DNA of 63,996 bases, filler included, from Anaerolineae bacterium (GTDB lineage Bacteria; Chloroflexota; Anaerolineae; B4-G1; DUEL01), in NCBI GenBank assembly GCA_041082215.1. It is 6 parts of 6 records of this genome, joined end to end, with 100 filler letters (N's around TTAATTAATTAA, not from the genome) between each part and the next. Parts side by side here need not be neighbours in the genome. Positions count along the whole stretch, not along the records: positions 1 to 24,762 come from JBDOIF010000101.1; 5 more parts are not named here. One strand, written 5' to 3'. Under the pieces are notes generated by a model. The model saw nothing but the letters and a program-made list of their open reading frames with translations. It was not told the DNA's origin and did no database searches. Of the stretch, positions 1 through 9,055 are shown piece after piece; position 1 is the stretch's first letter; each line of letters starts with the position of its first letter. Both the position numbers and the translations under genes were made by a program.

Positions 1-2
1 GG

Positions 3-941
3 GCGCGGAACTTCGCCAACAAAATCTGGCAGGCGACCCGCTACGTCCTCTCCGTGTGCGACCAGTGGCCGGGGGACCTGCCGGACCTGGGGGCGCTGAG
101 CCTGGGACGGCCGGAGCGGTGGATCCTGAGCCGTCTGGCCCGCCTGACTGCCGATGTGAACCGTCTCATGGAGGAGTACCAGTACGGCGAGGCCGGCCGC
201 CAGATCAACGACTTCCTCTGGAGCGAGTTCTGCGACTGGTATCTGGAGATTTCCAAGATTTCCGTCTATGCGCCGGACGCCACGCCCGGGTCCACCGCCC
301 CCGCGCGCCGGGTGTTGCTGACGGTGCTGGATATGGCGCTACGGCTGCTCCACCCGTTCATGCCGTTCGTGACGGAGGCGCTGTGGCAGGCCCTGCCCGT
401 CCCCAAAGAGACGGAGTCCCTGATGCTCGCCCGCTGGCCCGAAGAGGCCCCCTGGTCGGTGGATGAGGCGGCGGAGGAGGAAATGGAGTTGCTCATGGGC
501 CTGATCCGGGGGGTCCGCAACGTCCGGGCGGAGTACGACGTGGAGCCGGGGACGCGGATTCCGGCCCTCTTTGCCGCCGGGGAGTGGGCGGGCCTCCTGC
601 GCCAGGAGCAGGCCATGCTCTGCACGCTGGCGAAACTGGACCCGGCCGGGCTCGTGATTGCGGAGGCGATGGATGCGCCGGCCCAGGCGGCGACGGTGGT
701 GGTGGGCGACGTGGCCGCGTATCTGCCGCTGGCCGGGCTGGTGGACCTGGAGGCGGAGCGGGCGCGGCTGGAGAAGGAACTGGCGGAGGTGACGGCGCGC
801 ATGACCCGCAGCGAGGCGCTGCTGGCCGGGGAGTTTGCCCAGAAAGCCCCGGCAGCCGTCGTGGAACGGGAGCGGGAGAAACTGGCGGACCTGCGGGCGA
901 CCCGCCAGCAACTCCAGGAGCGGCTGGAACGACTCAGGTGA
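3..941 (+). CDS. valS: valine--tRNA ligase, C-terminal part (5' truncated by window)
   Basis: Frame open from base 3: RNFANKIW, EFCDWYLE, LRLLHPFMPFVTEALW, C-terminal coiled coil with FAQKAPAAVVEREREK. Confidence 0.96.
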   Translation, partial: ARNFANKIWQATRYVLSVCDQWPGDLPDLGALSLGRPERWILSRLARLTADVNRLMEEYQYGEAGRQINDFLWSEFCDWYLEISKISVYAPDATPGSTAPARRVLLTVLDMALRLLHPFMPFVTEALWQALPVPKETESLMLARWPEEAPWSVDEAAEEEMELLMGLIRGVRNVRAEYDVEPGTRIPALFAAGEWAGLLRQEQAMLCTLAKLDPAGLVIAEAMDAPAQAATVVVGDVAAYLPLAGLVDLEAERARLEKELAEVTARMTRSEALLAGEFAQKAPAAVVEREREKLADLRATRQQLQERLERLR

Positions 942-945
942 ATCA

Positions 946-1033
946 ACCGCAGGGACACAGAGGGCGCGGAGGAAAACCGGAGAAACAAGAGGTCCCAGGG
1001 AACTCTGTGCCCTCCATGTCTGGTGTCCGTGGT
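946..1033. repeat. Palindromic element, 'CACAGAG...CTCTGTG' family (intergenic copy)
   Basis: accgcagggacacagagggcgcggag ... ctctgtgccctcc...ccgtggt; related copies at 3981, 12227, 12832, 18427, 38083. Confidence 0.75.
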
Positions 1034-1056
1034 GAAAAATCGTGAGGAGGAAGAGC

Positions 1057-1596
1057 GTGACTGAACCCACCTACCACGACGCCCTTCGCCAGCGGTTGCT
1101 GGCCTTTTCCAAGGACCAACTGGTGGATATGCTGGAGGACGCGGCCAAGAACTGGCTGGCCCACGACGGCCTCTGGTTCCTGGCCGCCGAGGAACGGTTT
1201 GGAATGGAAGCGGCCATCCAGCTCGACGCCCGGGCCTGGGAGCAGTTCACTGTCATCGAGGCCCAGCGCATTATGAAGCGGCACGGGATCGAGCCGGGCG
1301 GCGGACTGGAGGCGCTGGAGCAGGCGCTGGGATACCGGCTCTACGCCTACCTCAACGTCCAGGAGACGATCCGGGTGGATGAACGGACCCTGATCTTTCG
1401 CATGAACGACTGCCGGGTGCAGACGGCGCGGAAACGGAAGGGGCTGCCGGACTTCCCCTGCAAGCCGGTGGGGCTGGTGGAATACGCCCATTTCGCCCGC
1501 GCCATTGACCCCCGCATCCAGACCCGCTGCATCGCCTGCCCACCCGACCCCCATCCAGAAGAATACTGGTGCGCGTGGGAGTTCACCCTACCCTAA
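1057..1596 (+). CDS. DUF6125-like / V4R-like Cys-containing protein
   Basis: AKNWLAHDGLWF, DCRVQ, FPCK, CIACPPD, YWCAWEF; GTG at 1057 after AGGAGG. Confidence 0.75.
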   Translation: MTEPTYHDALRQRLLAFSKDQLVDMLEDAAKNWLAHDGLWFLAAEERFGMEAAIQLDARAWEQFTVIEAQRIMKRHGIEPGGGLEALEQALGYRLYAYLNVQETIRVDERTLIFRMNDCRVQTARKRKGLPDFPCKPVGLVEYAHFARAIDPRIQTRCIACPPDPHPEEYWCAWEFTLP

Positions 1597-1643
1597 CACA
1601 GGCAGCGTCCATAGCGCAGGCTTCAGCCAGCAAAACGCAGGAT

Positions 1644-2531
1644 TCAGGCCATAGCCGGCCCCCGACCGTTGTGGACGGAGATCTCCTCCTCAACGGTGAA
1701 ATCCTTTTGTAGCCGTCGGCTCAGGATTCCTTTGATGATCCAGGAAACGGCGCTGGAGGGCGTCACCCGCGAGGGACAGCCCTGGACGGGAAGCTGGAAG
1801 GCAAAAGGATACTCATAACTCCCTCCAGCCTGGAAGGATGCCTTTTCTGCCAGGCGGGCCTTGCCCTGCTCAATCCACTCGGTCTTGCCCCGATCGCGGG
1901 GGACATGCTCCCGCCGCACCAGCTCGACCCGCACTTCGCCGACGGTAAAGTCCTTCTGGGGGCGAACCACCAGCCGCCCTTCCACCGTCTCCCCTTCGAC
2001 CCACTCCAGCCGGGGTAACCACAGGGCCATATCCGCCTCTTGCGGATGGCTGGCCTCGCCGTACTCCCCTGGCTCCCTCCACTGTCCAGACGGTGGTACA
2101 ACCAGAGGCAGCTCTACTTCCTCGTTGATATCCCTCTTTAACTGCTGGTCGAAGGTCACGCGGACCAGCCACCGATTCGTGGTGATCTTGCCTTTGCAGG
2201 GAGGGACGGCATTGGGCGGAATCTGCCACTGCAGACGGAAGGACTGGCTGAAACCGGCCGGCACCACTCCCCCGCCGACCAGCGTCTCCCGAGCCACCCA
2301 TTCCTCGTGCGTGGCCCACGAGGTCGTACGATCCCCTTCTGAATCCCTCGTCTCATAAGCGTACCGCTCCCAGAATACCAGTCCGGCCCGGACCTCGCGG
2401 ACCTTCAATTGCTTTCGGTTCTGGATGGTGACAATGGCATGGAGCATCTCGCCCGGATAATAAGGGCCCTGGGGGCGGTCCAGCTCGATCTGGACCTGGA
2501 CCTGATCCCCCTTCAAAAAACCGAAGGCCAT
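1644..2531 (-). CDS. Arrestin-like / SpoOM-like protein with two tandem beta-sandwich repeats
   Basis: ATG at 2531 with AGGAGGT RBS; two similar halves (YYPGEMLH.../WVEGETVEG..., IPPNAVPP.../LPVQGCPS...). Confidence 0.65.
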   Translation of the reverse strand: MAFGFLKGDQVQVQIELDRPQGPYYPGEMLHAIVTIQNRKQLKVREVRAGLVFWERYAYETRDSEGDRTTSWATHEEWVARETLVGGGVVPAGFSQSFRLQWQIPPNAVPPCKGKITTNRWLVRVTFDQQLKRDINEEVELPLVVPPSGQWREPGEYGEASHPQEADMALWLPRLEWVEGETVEGRLVVRPQKDFTVGEVRVELVRREHVPRDRGKTEWIEQGKARLAEKASFQAGGSYEYPFAFQLPVQGCPSRVTPSSAVSWIIKGILSRRLQKDFTVEEEISVHNGRGPAMA

Positions 2532-2560
2532 CCTGCACCTCCTCATCTTGTCCCGGGCAG

Positions 2561-3976
2561 TTATTGTGGGAAGATTTTGCCCGGATTCAAAATACAAAGT
2601 GGATCGAACGCCTCTTTGATCCGCCGCATCAGAGCGATCTGGGCCGGATCCAGCGCCAGGGTAATATACTGCCCGCGGGTAGCGCCGACCCCGTGTTCGC
2701 CGGTGAGGGTCCCTCCCAGCGAGAGCGCCAGCCGGTAAATCTCCTCCCTCACCGCCGGCACCAGTTGCTCCCACCGTTCGTCGGGGATGTCGTCCTTCAG
2801 TACGTTGACGTGGACGTTCCCATCGCCGGCGTGGCCGAAGCAGATGATGCGCACCGCATGCCGGGCAGCGATCTCTTTCATTCCCCTCAGCAGGCGAGGG
2901 ATCTCAGCGCGGGGCACCACCACGTCTTCCATATGGTTGACGGGGCTTTCGTGTTTGAGCGCGTCTATGATCATCCGCCGCGCCTCCCACAGCCGGTCGC
3001 GGTTCCGCTGATCTCTGGCCACAAGCACATCCCGCGCCCCGTGCTCCAGGCAGAGTTCCCCCACCACCTGGAAGTCGGCGTCCACTGCCTCCGGGCTGTT
3101 GCCGTCGAGCTGGATCAGGAGATGGGCGGCCGCGTCATCGTGGGGCACCGTCTTCCCCAGCAGCCGCTCCACGGCCAGGACGCTATCCCGCTCCATAAAC
3201 TCGATGGTGGCGGGGAGGATCCGATGAGCGATGATCGTCGAGACCGTGTCGGCAGCCGCCTGGAAATCGTCGTAGGGAACCAGCAGATCGAGCCGCACTT
3301 TGGGCAGGGGCAGGAGCCGGAGCACGATTTTGGTCACCACCGCCAGGGTGCCCTCGGAGCCGATCAGGAGCTGGATCAGGTTGTAGCCGGTGACGTTTTT
3401 GACCAGCTTCCCGCCGCAGGTGATGATCTCTCCGGAGGGAAGCACCGCCTCCAGACCGCAGACGTAATCCTTCGTGGTCCCGTACTTCACCGCCCGCGGC
3501 CCTCCTGCCCCTTCGGCGATGTTCCCCCCGATGGAGCAGGAGTCGAGGCTGGCCGGGTCAGGAGGATAGAACAGCCCTTCCGCCTCGACCGCCCGATGGA
3601 TCTCGCCGGTGATCACCCCCGGCTCGACGGTGACCATCAGGTTCTCCCGGTCGATCTCCAGGATGCGGTTCATCTTCTCCAGGGAGAGGACGATGCCGCC
3701 GTGGACCGGGACAGCCCCGCCGCTGAGGCCGTAGCCGGCCCCCCGTGGGGTGACCGGCACCCGTTTCCGCTGGGCCAGCTTGAGGACTTCGGAGACCTGG
3801 AGGGCAGAGGTGACCCGCACCACCACCTCCGGCTCGGCCCGCAGACCCACCGTCTCATCGTGGGCGTACGGCTCCAGCGCCTCGGGGGCGACCAGCACGT
3901 TTTCCGGCCCCACGATCCGGCGCAGCGCCTCGACGATATCAGCGTTTACCTTTCGGTACGTCATCAATTCATCCAT
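2561..3976 (-). CDS. FAD-linked oxidase, GlcD / D-2-hydroxyacid dehydrogenase family
   Basis: PRGAGYGLSGG, GSEGTL, GHAGDGNVH, GEHGVG, LNPGKIF. Confidence 0.92.
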   Translation of the reverse strand: MDELMTYRKVNADIVEALRRIVGPENVLVAPEALEPYAHDETVGLRAEPEVVVRVTSALQVSEVLKLAQRKRVPVTPRGAGYGLSGGAVPVHGGIVLSLEKMNRILEIDRENLMVTVEPGVITGEIHRAVEAEGLFYPPDPASLDSCSIGGNIAEGAGGPRAVKYGTTKDYVCGLEAVLPSGEIITCGGKLVKNVTGYNLIQLLIGSEGTLAVVTKIVLRLLPLPKVRLDLLVPYDDFQAAADTVSTIIAHRILPATIEFMERDSVLAVERLLGKTVPHDDAAAHLLIQLDGNSPEAVDADFQVVGELCLEHGARDVLVARDQRNRDRLWEARRMIIDALKHESPVNHMEDVVVPRAEIPRLLRGMKEIAARHAVRIICFGHAGDGNVHVNVLKDDIPDERWEQLVPAVREEIYRLALSLGGTLTGEHGVGATRGQYITLALDPAQIALMRRIKEAFDPLCILNPGKIFPQ

Positions 3977-3980
3977 TTTT

Positions 3981-4053
3981 GCCGCGGAGACACAGAGGGC
4001 ACGGAGTTACACGGAACCTTCACTTTCTCAGTGCTCCTCTGTGTCCCTGTGGT
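3981..4053. repeat. Palindromic element, 'CACAGAG...CTCTGTG' family (intergenic copy)
   Basis: gccgcggagacacagagggcacggag ... ctcagtgctcctctgtgtccctgtggt. Confidence 0.8.
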
Positions 4054-4068
4054 GTCTATAGACCTGTT

Positions 4069-5238
4069 TCACGCTTGCACCAGGATCTCTTGAGCGGCTG
4101 CCAGGCCCGCTCCCGGCTCGAACCGGTAACCGGCGCGGGCCAGCCCCTTCTCGATGGCTCCCACCGTTGTCAGAATATCGGATGAGCTGACCGCGCCCAT
4201 ATGGCCGACGCGGAAGTATCGCTCCCTGATCTCCGGGTGCAGCCCTCCGGCAACGATGGCGCCCGCCTCTGCTACATAAGCCAGCACCCCCTGACCGACC
4301 CCCTCCGGGAAATAGGGGGCGGTGAGGGTATGGGCGGCGATCTCCGGACGCACCGGCACCTGTTTCAACCCCAGCGCGTTCATCGCCGCCTTGAACGCCC
4401 TGCTCATCTGCCGGTGGCGGGCAAAGCGGGCCTCCATCCCCTCTTCCAGAATCTGGCCCAGGCTCACATTGAGGGCCCAGATCAGGTTCACCGGCGGGGT
4501 GCCGAAGTAACTTGGACGGCGGGCCTCGTATGCCTCCATCACCGGCAGCCAGTTGGTCCAATCGGCGTAGTAGTTGACCACGGGGGCTTTGCGGCGTCGG
4601 AAGGACTCCATCGCCCGCGGCCCGGCCACCAGGAGGGCCAGCCCCGGCGGTGTGCCGATGGCCTTCTGGGAGGCAGTAAGGGCCAGGTCAATACCCCATT
4701 CCTCCTGGCGCATCTCCTCACCGGCCACCGAGCAGACGCCGTCCACCACCACCAGCACCCCGTGCTTCCGCCCCAGGGCAGCCAGCTCCCTCACATCGGT
4801 GGCCACGGCGGTGGAGGTATCCACATGGGTGACGGTCATCAGCCTGTACCCGCCCCGCTTCAGCGCGGCCTCCACCTCCTCCAGTTTCGGCGCGTCGCCG
4901 ACGGCGGGGGCGCGCACCTGGGTCACCTCGGCGCCGTACCGCTCCAGGATGGCAGCGAACCGGTCGCCGAAGACGCCGGTGTTCACCACCAGCGCCCGGT
5001 CCCCCGGCTCGACCAGGTTGGCGGCGGCCATATCCATCGCCAGCGTGCCGGAGCCAGCGACGACGAAGGGCTGTCCGCCAGGGCAGAGGAAGACCTCCCG
5101 CATCCGTTCCAGCGCCTGCCCGAAGACCTCGATGAAGTTGGGGGCCACGTGGCTTGTGGTGGGCATGCCCATCGCCCGCATCACTTCGGGGGTGAACTCG
5201 ACGGGACCGGGGATCATCAGTAGCTTTCTATCCTTCAT
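4069..5238 (-). CDS. Alanine/serine--glyoxylate aminotransferase family (class V PLP)
   Basis: LLMIPGP, THVDTSTAV, DGVCS, ASQKAIGTPPG (PLP Lys), FRVGHMG; ATG at 5238. Confidence 0.92.
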   Translation of the reverse strand: MKDRKLLMIPGPVEFTPEVMRAMGMPTTSHVAPNFIEVFGQALERMREVFLCPGGQPFVVAGSGTLAMDMAAANLVEPGDRALVVNTGVFGDRFAAILERYGAEVTQVRAPAVGDAPKLEEVEAALKRGGYRLMTVTHVDTSTAVATDVRELAALGRKHGVLVVVDGVCSVAGEEMRQEEWGIDLALTASQKAIGTPPGLALLVAGPRAMESFRRRKAPVVNYYADWTNWLPVMEAYEARRPSYFGTPPVNLIWALNVSLGQILEEGMEARFARHRQMSRAFKAAMNALGLKQVPVRPEIAAHTLTAPYFPEGVGQGVLAYVAEAGAIVAGGLHPEIRERYFRVGHMGAVSSSDILTTVGAIEKGLARAGYRFEPGAGLAAAQEILVQA

Positions 5239-5317
5239 TGGCTTGCTTCTCCCTGCAGACGTTATGAAAGAGTGGTCGCCCGCCATGAGTTTAGCATAGA
5301 AGCAGCAAGGGTGCAAC

Positions 5318-5355
5318 AAAAAAAGCCGGGAGCCCGCTTCTGCCGAGCTCCCGGC
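5318..5355 (-). terminator. Rho-independent terminator
   Basis: 9-bp stem gccgggagc/gctcccggc followed by T7 on minus strand, just after the stop of 5380..6702. Confidence 0.75.
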
Positions 5356-5379
5356 CTGTTTTCTTCCCATCCTCCCCTA

Positions 5380-6702
5380 TCAATGGCGCGGGACGATGTT
5401 ATAGTAATCCAACCACACCTCGATCGGCTTGAACTCCCAGGTGGAAAGCATCACGCCGAAGTAGCCCTTACCGCTGATCGCGTTATCGGTAACAGCGCTG
5501 ATCAGATAATTGTTCACATAGACCAGGATGCGGTCCCCATCCCGCACGATCCTCCAGGTGTTCCAGTCTTTACCGTTCAGCATATAGAGAGGCACGTCAG
5601 TATAATCCTGAAGGATCCTCTCCGGCCCCCCACTCCCGTGGCACCGCTTGACCTGGAACTTCATCGCCCCTTCGGAGATATAGACGACGTTGATCCGGTA
5701 GTAGGAGCCCTTGAAGTTCTTGTCCTGGGAGCCAAAGACGAAGGCGTAGCCAGAGGACCAGGAGCGCTGATAGAAATATACCTTCGCGTTGATCTCAAAC
5801 GGGGGCGAGGGGCTCTCCTGCGAAGGGCTGGCGATCACATGCTCCCACCGGTCGTTGACCCAGACCTTGAGATACCCGGATTCGTTGTGCACCCTGAACC
5901 AATCCGTCCCCGGCGGGCCATCATCGCCTGTATGCTCAACGACGCTCCAGGTCGTGGGGCCGCTGAAATCATCCATATAGGCGGCGGGTGTGGGCGTGGC
6001 GTCACGGCGGATCAGGGGGAGGAAAACGGGGTAGCCGTAATCCCCCCGCACCACAACGTTATCCACGAAAGCACCCTTTCCCGCCTTACCGTCGTCGTTG
6101 CTGGTGAAATGGAAGGCAAAGTAGACAGGAGTGCTGGAACGCGCATACGCATCCAGGGAGAGCGTACCGCTGATCCAGGTACCGATCCGGCCTGAAATCC
6201 TCGCGCCGTCACAATCCTCTGCCAGGTTTGATAGATCGGTCGTCATACACCAGCCGAACCAGTCTCCCGGAGCCGAATCCAGCCACCAGTCGAAGGTCAG
6301 ATCGGCCCGGAAGACCTGGCTCAGATCCAGCGGGCCGTAGATCAGCCACGAATCCACGTTGTTCGGATAAGTATGCATCGCGGCATTCAGGCTGCTGCCG
6401 TCCGCCCCTCCCCCGACCGCCCACACTGCGGTGATCGGACTGGTGTAGGTGAACGTTGTCGTGCCCCAGGTGTACTCCCCGCCATCGGTCGTGCTGGTGT
6501 CGGATACGATCCACCCGGCGCCGATCCCTGCGTCGAACGTCTCCCGCAAGATGTCCTGCCATCCCTGAGGGATACTCTGTTGCATCTCATAGGAACGGGC
6601 TGTGGTAGGAATCAGCACCAGGAGCAGCAACCCGATCACCATTGCCGCAACGATGAACAGGGTCCGTCCCAACCTGTAGATAGCATTCGCTTCCCGGCTC
6701 AA
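5380..6702 (-). CDS. Exported two-domain beta-sandwich protein (C-terminal ConA/DUF1080-like domain)
   Basis: N-terminal hydrophobic signal; GAFVDNV, VFLPLIRR + ATPTP linker, WNTWRIVRDGDRILVYVN. Confidence 0.65.
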   Translation of the reverse strand: MSREANAIYRLGRTLFIVAAMVIGLLLLVLIPTTARSYEMQQSIPQGWQDILRETFDAGIGAGWIVSDTSTTDGGEYTWGTTTFTYTSPITAVWAVGGGADGSSLNAAMHTYPNNVDSWLIYGPLDLSQVFRADLTFDWWLDSAPGDWFGWCMTTDLSNLAEDCDGARISGRIGTWISGTLSLDAYARSSTPVYFAFHFTSNDDGKAGKGAFVDNVVVRGDYGYPVFLPLIRRDATPTPAAYMDDFSGPTTWSVVEHTGDDGPPGTDWFRVHNESGYLKVWVNDRWEHVIASPSQESPSPPFEINAKVYFYQRSWSSGYAFVFGSQDKNFKGSYYRINVVYISEGAMKFQVKRCHGSGGPERILQDYTDVPLYMLNGKDWNTWRIVRDGDRILVYVNNYLISAVTDNAISGKGYFGVMLSTWEFKPIEVWLDYYNIVPRH

Positions 6703-6767
6703 CTCTGCCTCCTTTCACAGAAAGTTATTACCACGCCAGGCACATTGCAGGCATTCTAACACCCCTG

Positions 6768-7200
6768 TCAAGGCCTGTCAAGTAAGCACGGGGACTGTTC
6801 TCCCGCTGCGAGGATGCTTTCCCGGAAGTCCGAGAGATCAACCACCACCTGATCCCCCCCGCCGTTGGCCTCCAGGCGATGGCCGTCTGCATCGCTGTAA
6901 AGGCCGACCGCAAGATGGTCAACAGCGCACAGATCAGGGGGAGAAAGCTGGAGAGTGTGGACATCGGCGATGGATTCCCCCGGTGCCCAGCCCTGTGTCG
7001 GCCGTTTCCATCTGGCAGGGATCGCATCGGACTGGGCCAGAAGGCGGCCATCGGCAGCGAACAGGTGCACAAACACCTTGTAGCTCACCCCTATATAGGC
7101 ATCGGACCGCCAGACCAGTTTCAGCGTCAGCTCTCCGGAGGAGAAATCGGCTTCAAGGTCATACCATCGAATCGGACCTCGAAATCGGCCAACGGAATTC
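6768..7200 (-). pseudogene. Detached, out-of-frame C-terminal beta-sandwich domain of the upstream GT-C gene
   Basis: LTLKLVW..SYKVFVHLFAADGRLLAQSD..GWAPGE..VGLY is the domain ending most GT-C paralogs here; different frame from 7127..9055 and overlapping its end; boundaries approximate. Confidence 0.55.
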
Positions 7201-9055
7201 GATCCTCCGGCAGCCGCCTCCCCTCCCTGACCTGATACACCGGCAGACGCTGACCTGTCCGCCAATCATATATGCCAGCAGAAAGATGATAGATGCCAGC
7301 CTCCAGACTGACGGGCAGAGTAAGAACCCTGCGCTCAACGACCAGTTGTCCAGGCCACCAGCGCCAAGTGGGATAAAGCCCCTCCAGGGGTTCGCCGTCC
7401 CAATTGGCCACCAGCTCTCCTTCATCATCCTGGAGGTGGACAAACACTGAGTAGCCCACCGGAGTCAACCCTCGGACCTCCCAGAACAGGGTCAGGGTAA
7501 GAGGCTGACCCGGTGCAGGAAGACCTTCCAGCGTATAACCTGTCAGAACCGCCAGATCACCGACCTGCACCCCCGACCGATATTCGGGAGAAGGCAATAG
7601 CTGAACGGCGGGGGGAGGATGAAGGGGCTCCCATACCTGAAGTTGCTGCACATCGCGCTGGAAGACGCCCTTCAGCCGATAGTGCTCCCGCAGGTAGAAA
7701 TGAAAAAGAGGATAATCCCTTACCCCCACCAGCGTACTGCCAGTAAGGGGAGAGACATCTACCACTACCCAGGGGTTCTCTGCTTCAGCGAGTTGCTGGA
7801 TCAGTAACTTCGCTGTAATCTGTCCGCTGGCGGCTGAAGTATGGTGCAGGCCCGCCGCAATGGGGACTGTTGGCCGTCGGGCAAGGAAGTTGATCTCCAG
7901 GTAGTCAGAAAGGACCACCGTATCAGGCGCAGTCCATTCTTTCAATGCAGACACCACCTCTCCAGTCCAATGGTCAAAACGAGCAGCCTGGCTCAGGTTC
8001 ACCGGAAGCCATGGGAGAATCAGCACCAAGATAAAAGCAGCGCCAACCAACCGGCCTCCAGCCCGCCTGATTGTTGCAAGCAAGCTGGCAGAAAGGCCAG
8101 CAAATGCGGGTAGGAAAATCAGGAAATGCCGCATCCCCAGCTCGCGGCGAATGAGCAACAGTCCCAACAGTGCCGGCAATTGCCATGCCAGCCAGGCCCC
8201 CCGGGACTGGGGACGGAGAAGGCCGTAAACACCAGCCGATCCACCAGCCAGGACAAGTAGCGGATAGCGCCACATAAACTGCCTAAACAATTTCAGTTTG
8301 CCCAAAAGGGCAACTCCAGGATTTGCCCCCGCTCCAGCCAGAAGGTGATGCCCTATTGTGGCGGCAAAGTAGGTTCCCGAAAGGCCCTCAAACCCTCCCA
8401 TCACAAGGACCACTCCCAGTGCCGGCCCCAGCAGAGCCAGCCCATCGAGAGCCGCCTCTCTCCATCCTCGCCGTGCCGCAATAACATAAAGGACCGCTCC
8501 CGTCCACGAGAGCAGAGCGAACAGTTTGAACAGCGTCGCCAGAGCAAACAGAAGGCCCGCTCCCGCAAGAGTCCAGCGTTTTCGAGTCCGCTGCCAATGG
8601 ACCAGCATCCCCAGTCCCAACACACAACCCAGCAGCATATAGACCTCGGAGAGATAAAACCGCCCCACGCGAAAGAGGTCCGGATGGGCCAGGAAGATCA
8701 GAGCGGCGGCAACCCCTACCTCCCGCCGCTGGCACACTCGTCCTACGCTGCCTCCCAGAGCCGCTGCCGTTGCCAGCGTGACCAAGCCGCTCAGCAGGCG
8801 AAGGACCGCTTGGGAGGGCCCTGTCAGTGCCATCACCGCCCCTCCAAGGCCGATGAAAAGCGGTTGCTGCGCGCTGAGAAAATCCCGATACGGCCATTCT
8901 CCCAGACTGATCCGCCAGGCCTGGTAGAGATAAGCGCCCTCATCGTCCTCGATCTGCCAACCTGCTGGATTTGCCAGAAGGAGCAACGAAAGATAAAGCA
9001 CCCCTCCCAGCAGAAGGCCAAAAGCGATAGCGGAGAAAGCCAATTCCCTCCTCAA
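7127..9055 (-). CDS. GT-C (PMT/GT39/ArnT-like) membrane glycosyltransferase, paralog 8
   Basis: EDDEGAYLY, PYRDFLSAQQP, many TM helices, C-terminal YSVFVHL..GIY domain. Confidence 0.85.
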   Translation of the reverse strand: MRRELAFSAIAFGLLLGGVLYLSLLLLANPAGWQIEDDEGAYLYQAWRISLGEWPYRDFLSAQQPLFIGLGGAVMALTGPSQAVLRLLSGLVTLATAAALGGSVGRVCQRREVGVAAALIFLAHPDLFRVGRFYLSEVYMLLGCVLGLGMLVHWQRTRKRWTLAGAGLLFALATLFKLFALLSWTGAVLYVIAARRGWREAALDGLALLGPALGVVLVMGGFEGLSGTYFAATIGHHLLAGAGANPGVALLGKLKLFRQFMWRYPLLVLAGGSAGVYGLLRPQSRGAWLAWQLPALLGLLLIRRELGMRHFLIFLPAFAGLSASLLATIRRAGGRLVGAAFILVLILPWLPVNLSQAARFDHWTGEVVSALKEWTAPDTVVLSDYLEINFLARRPTVPIAAGLHHTSAASGQITAKLLIQQLAEAENPWVVVDVSPLTGSTLVGVRDYPLFHFYLREHYRLKGVFQRDVQQLQVWEPLHPPPAVQLLPSPEYRSGVQVGDLAVLTGYTLEGLPAPGQPLTLTLFWEVRGLTPVGYSVFVHLQDDEGELVANWDGEPLEGLYPTWRWWPGQLVVERRVLTLPVSLEAGIYHLSAGIYDWRTGQRLPVYQVREGRRLPEDRIPLADFEVRFDGMTLKPISPPES

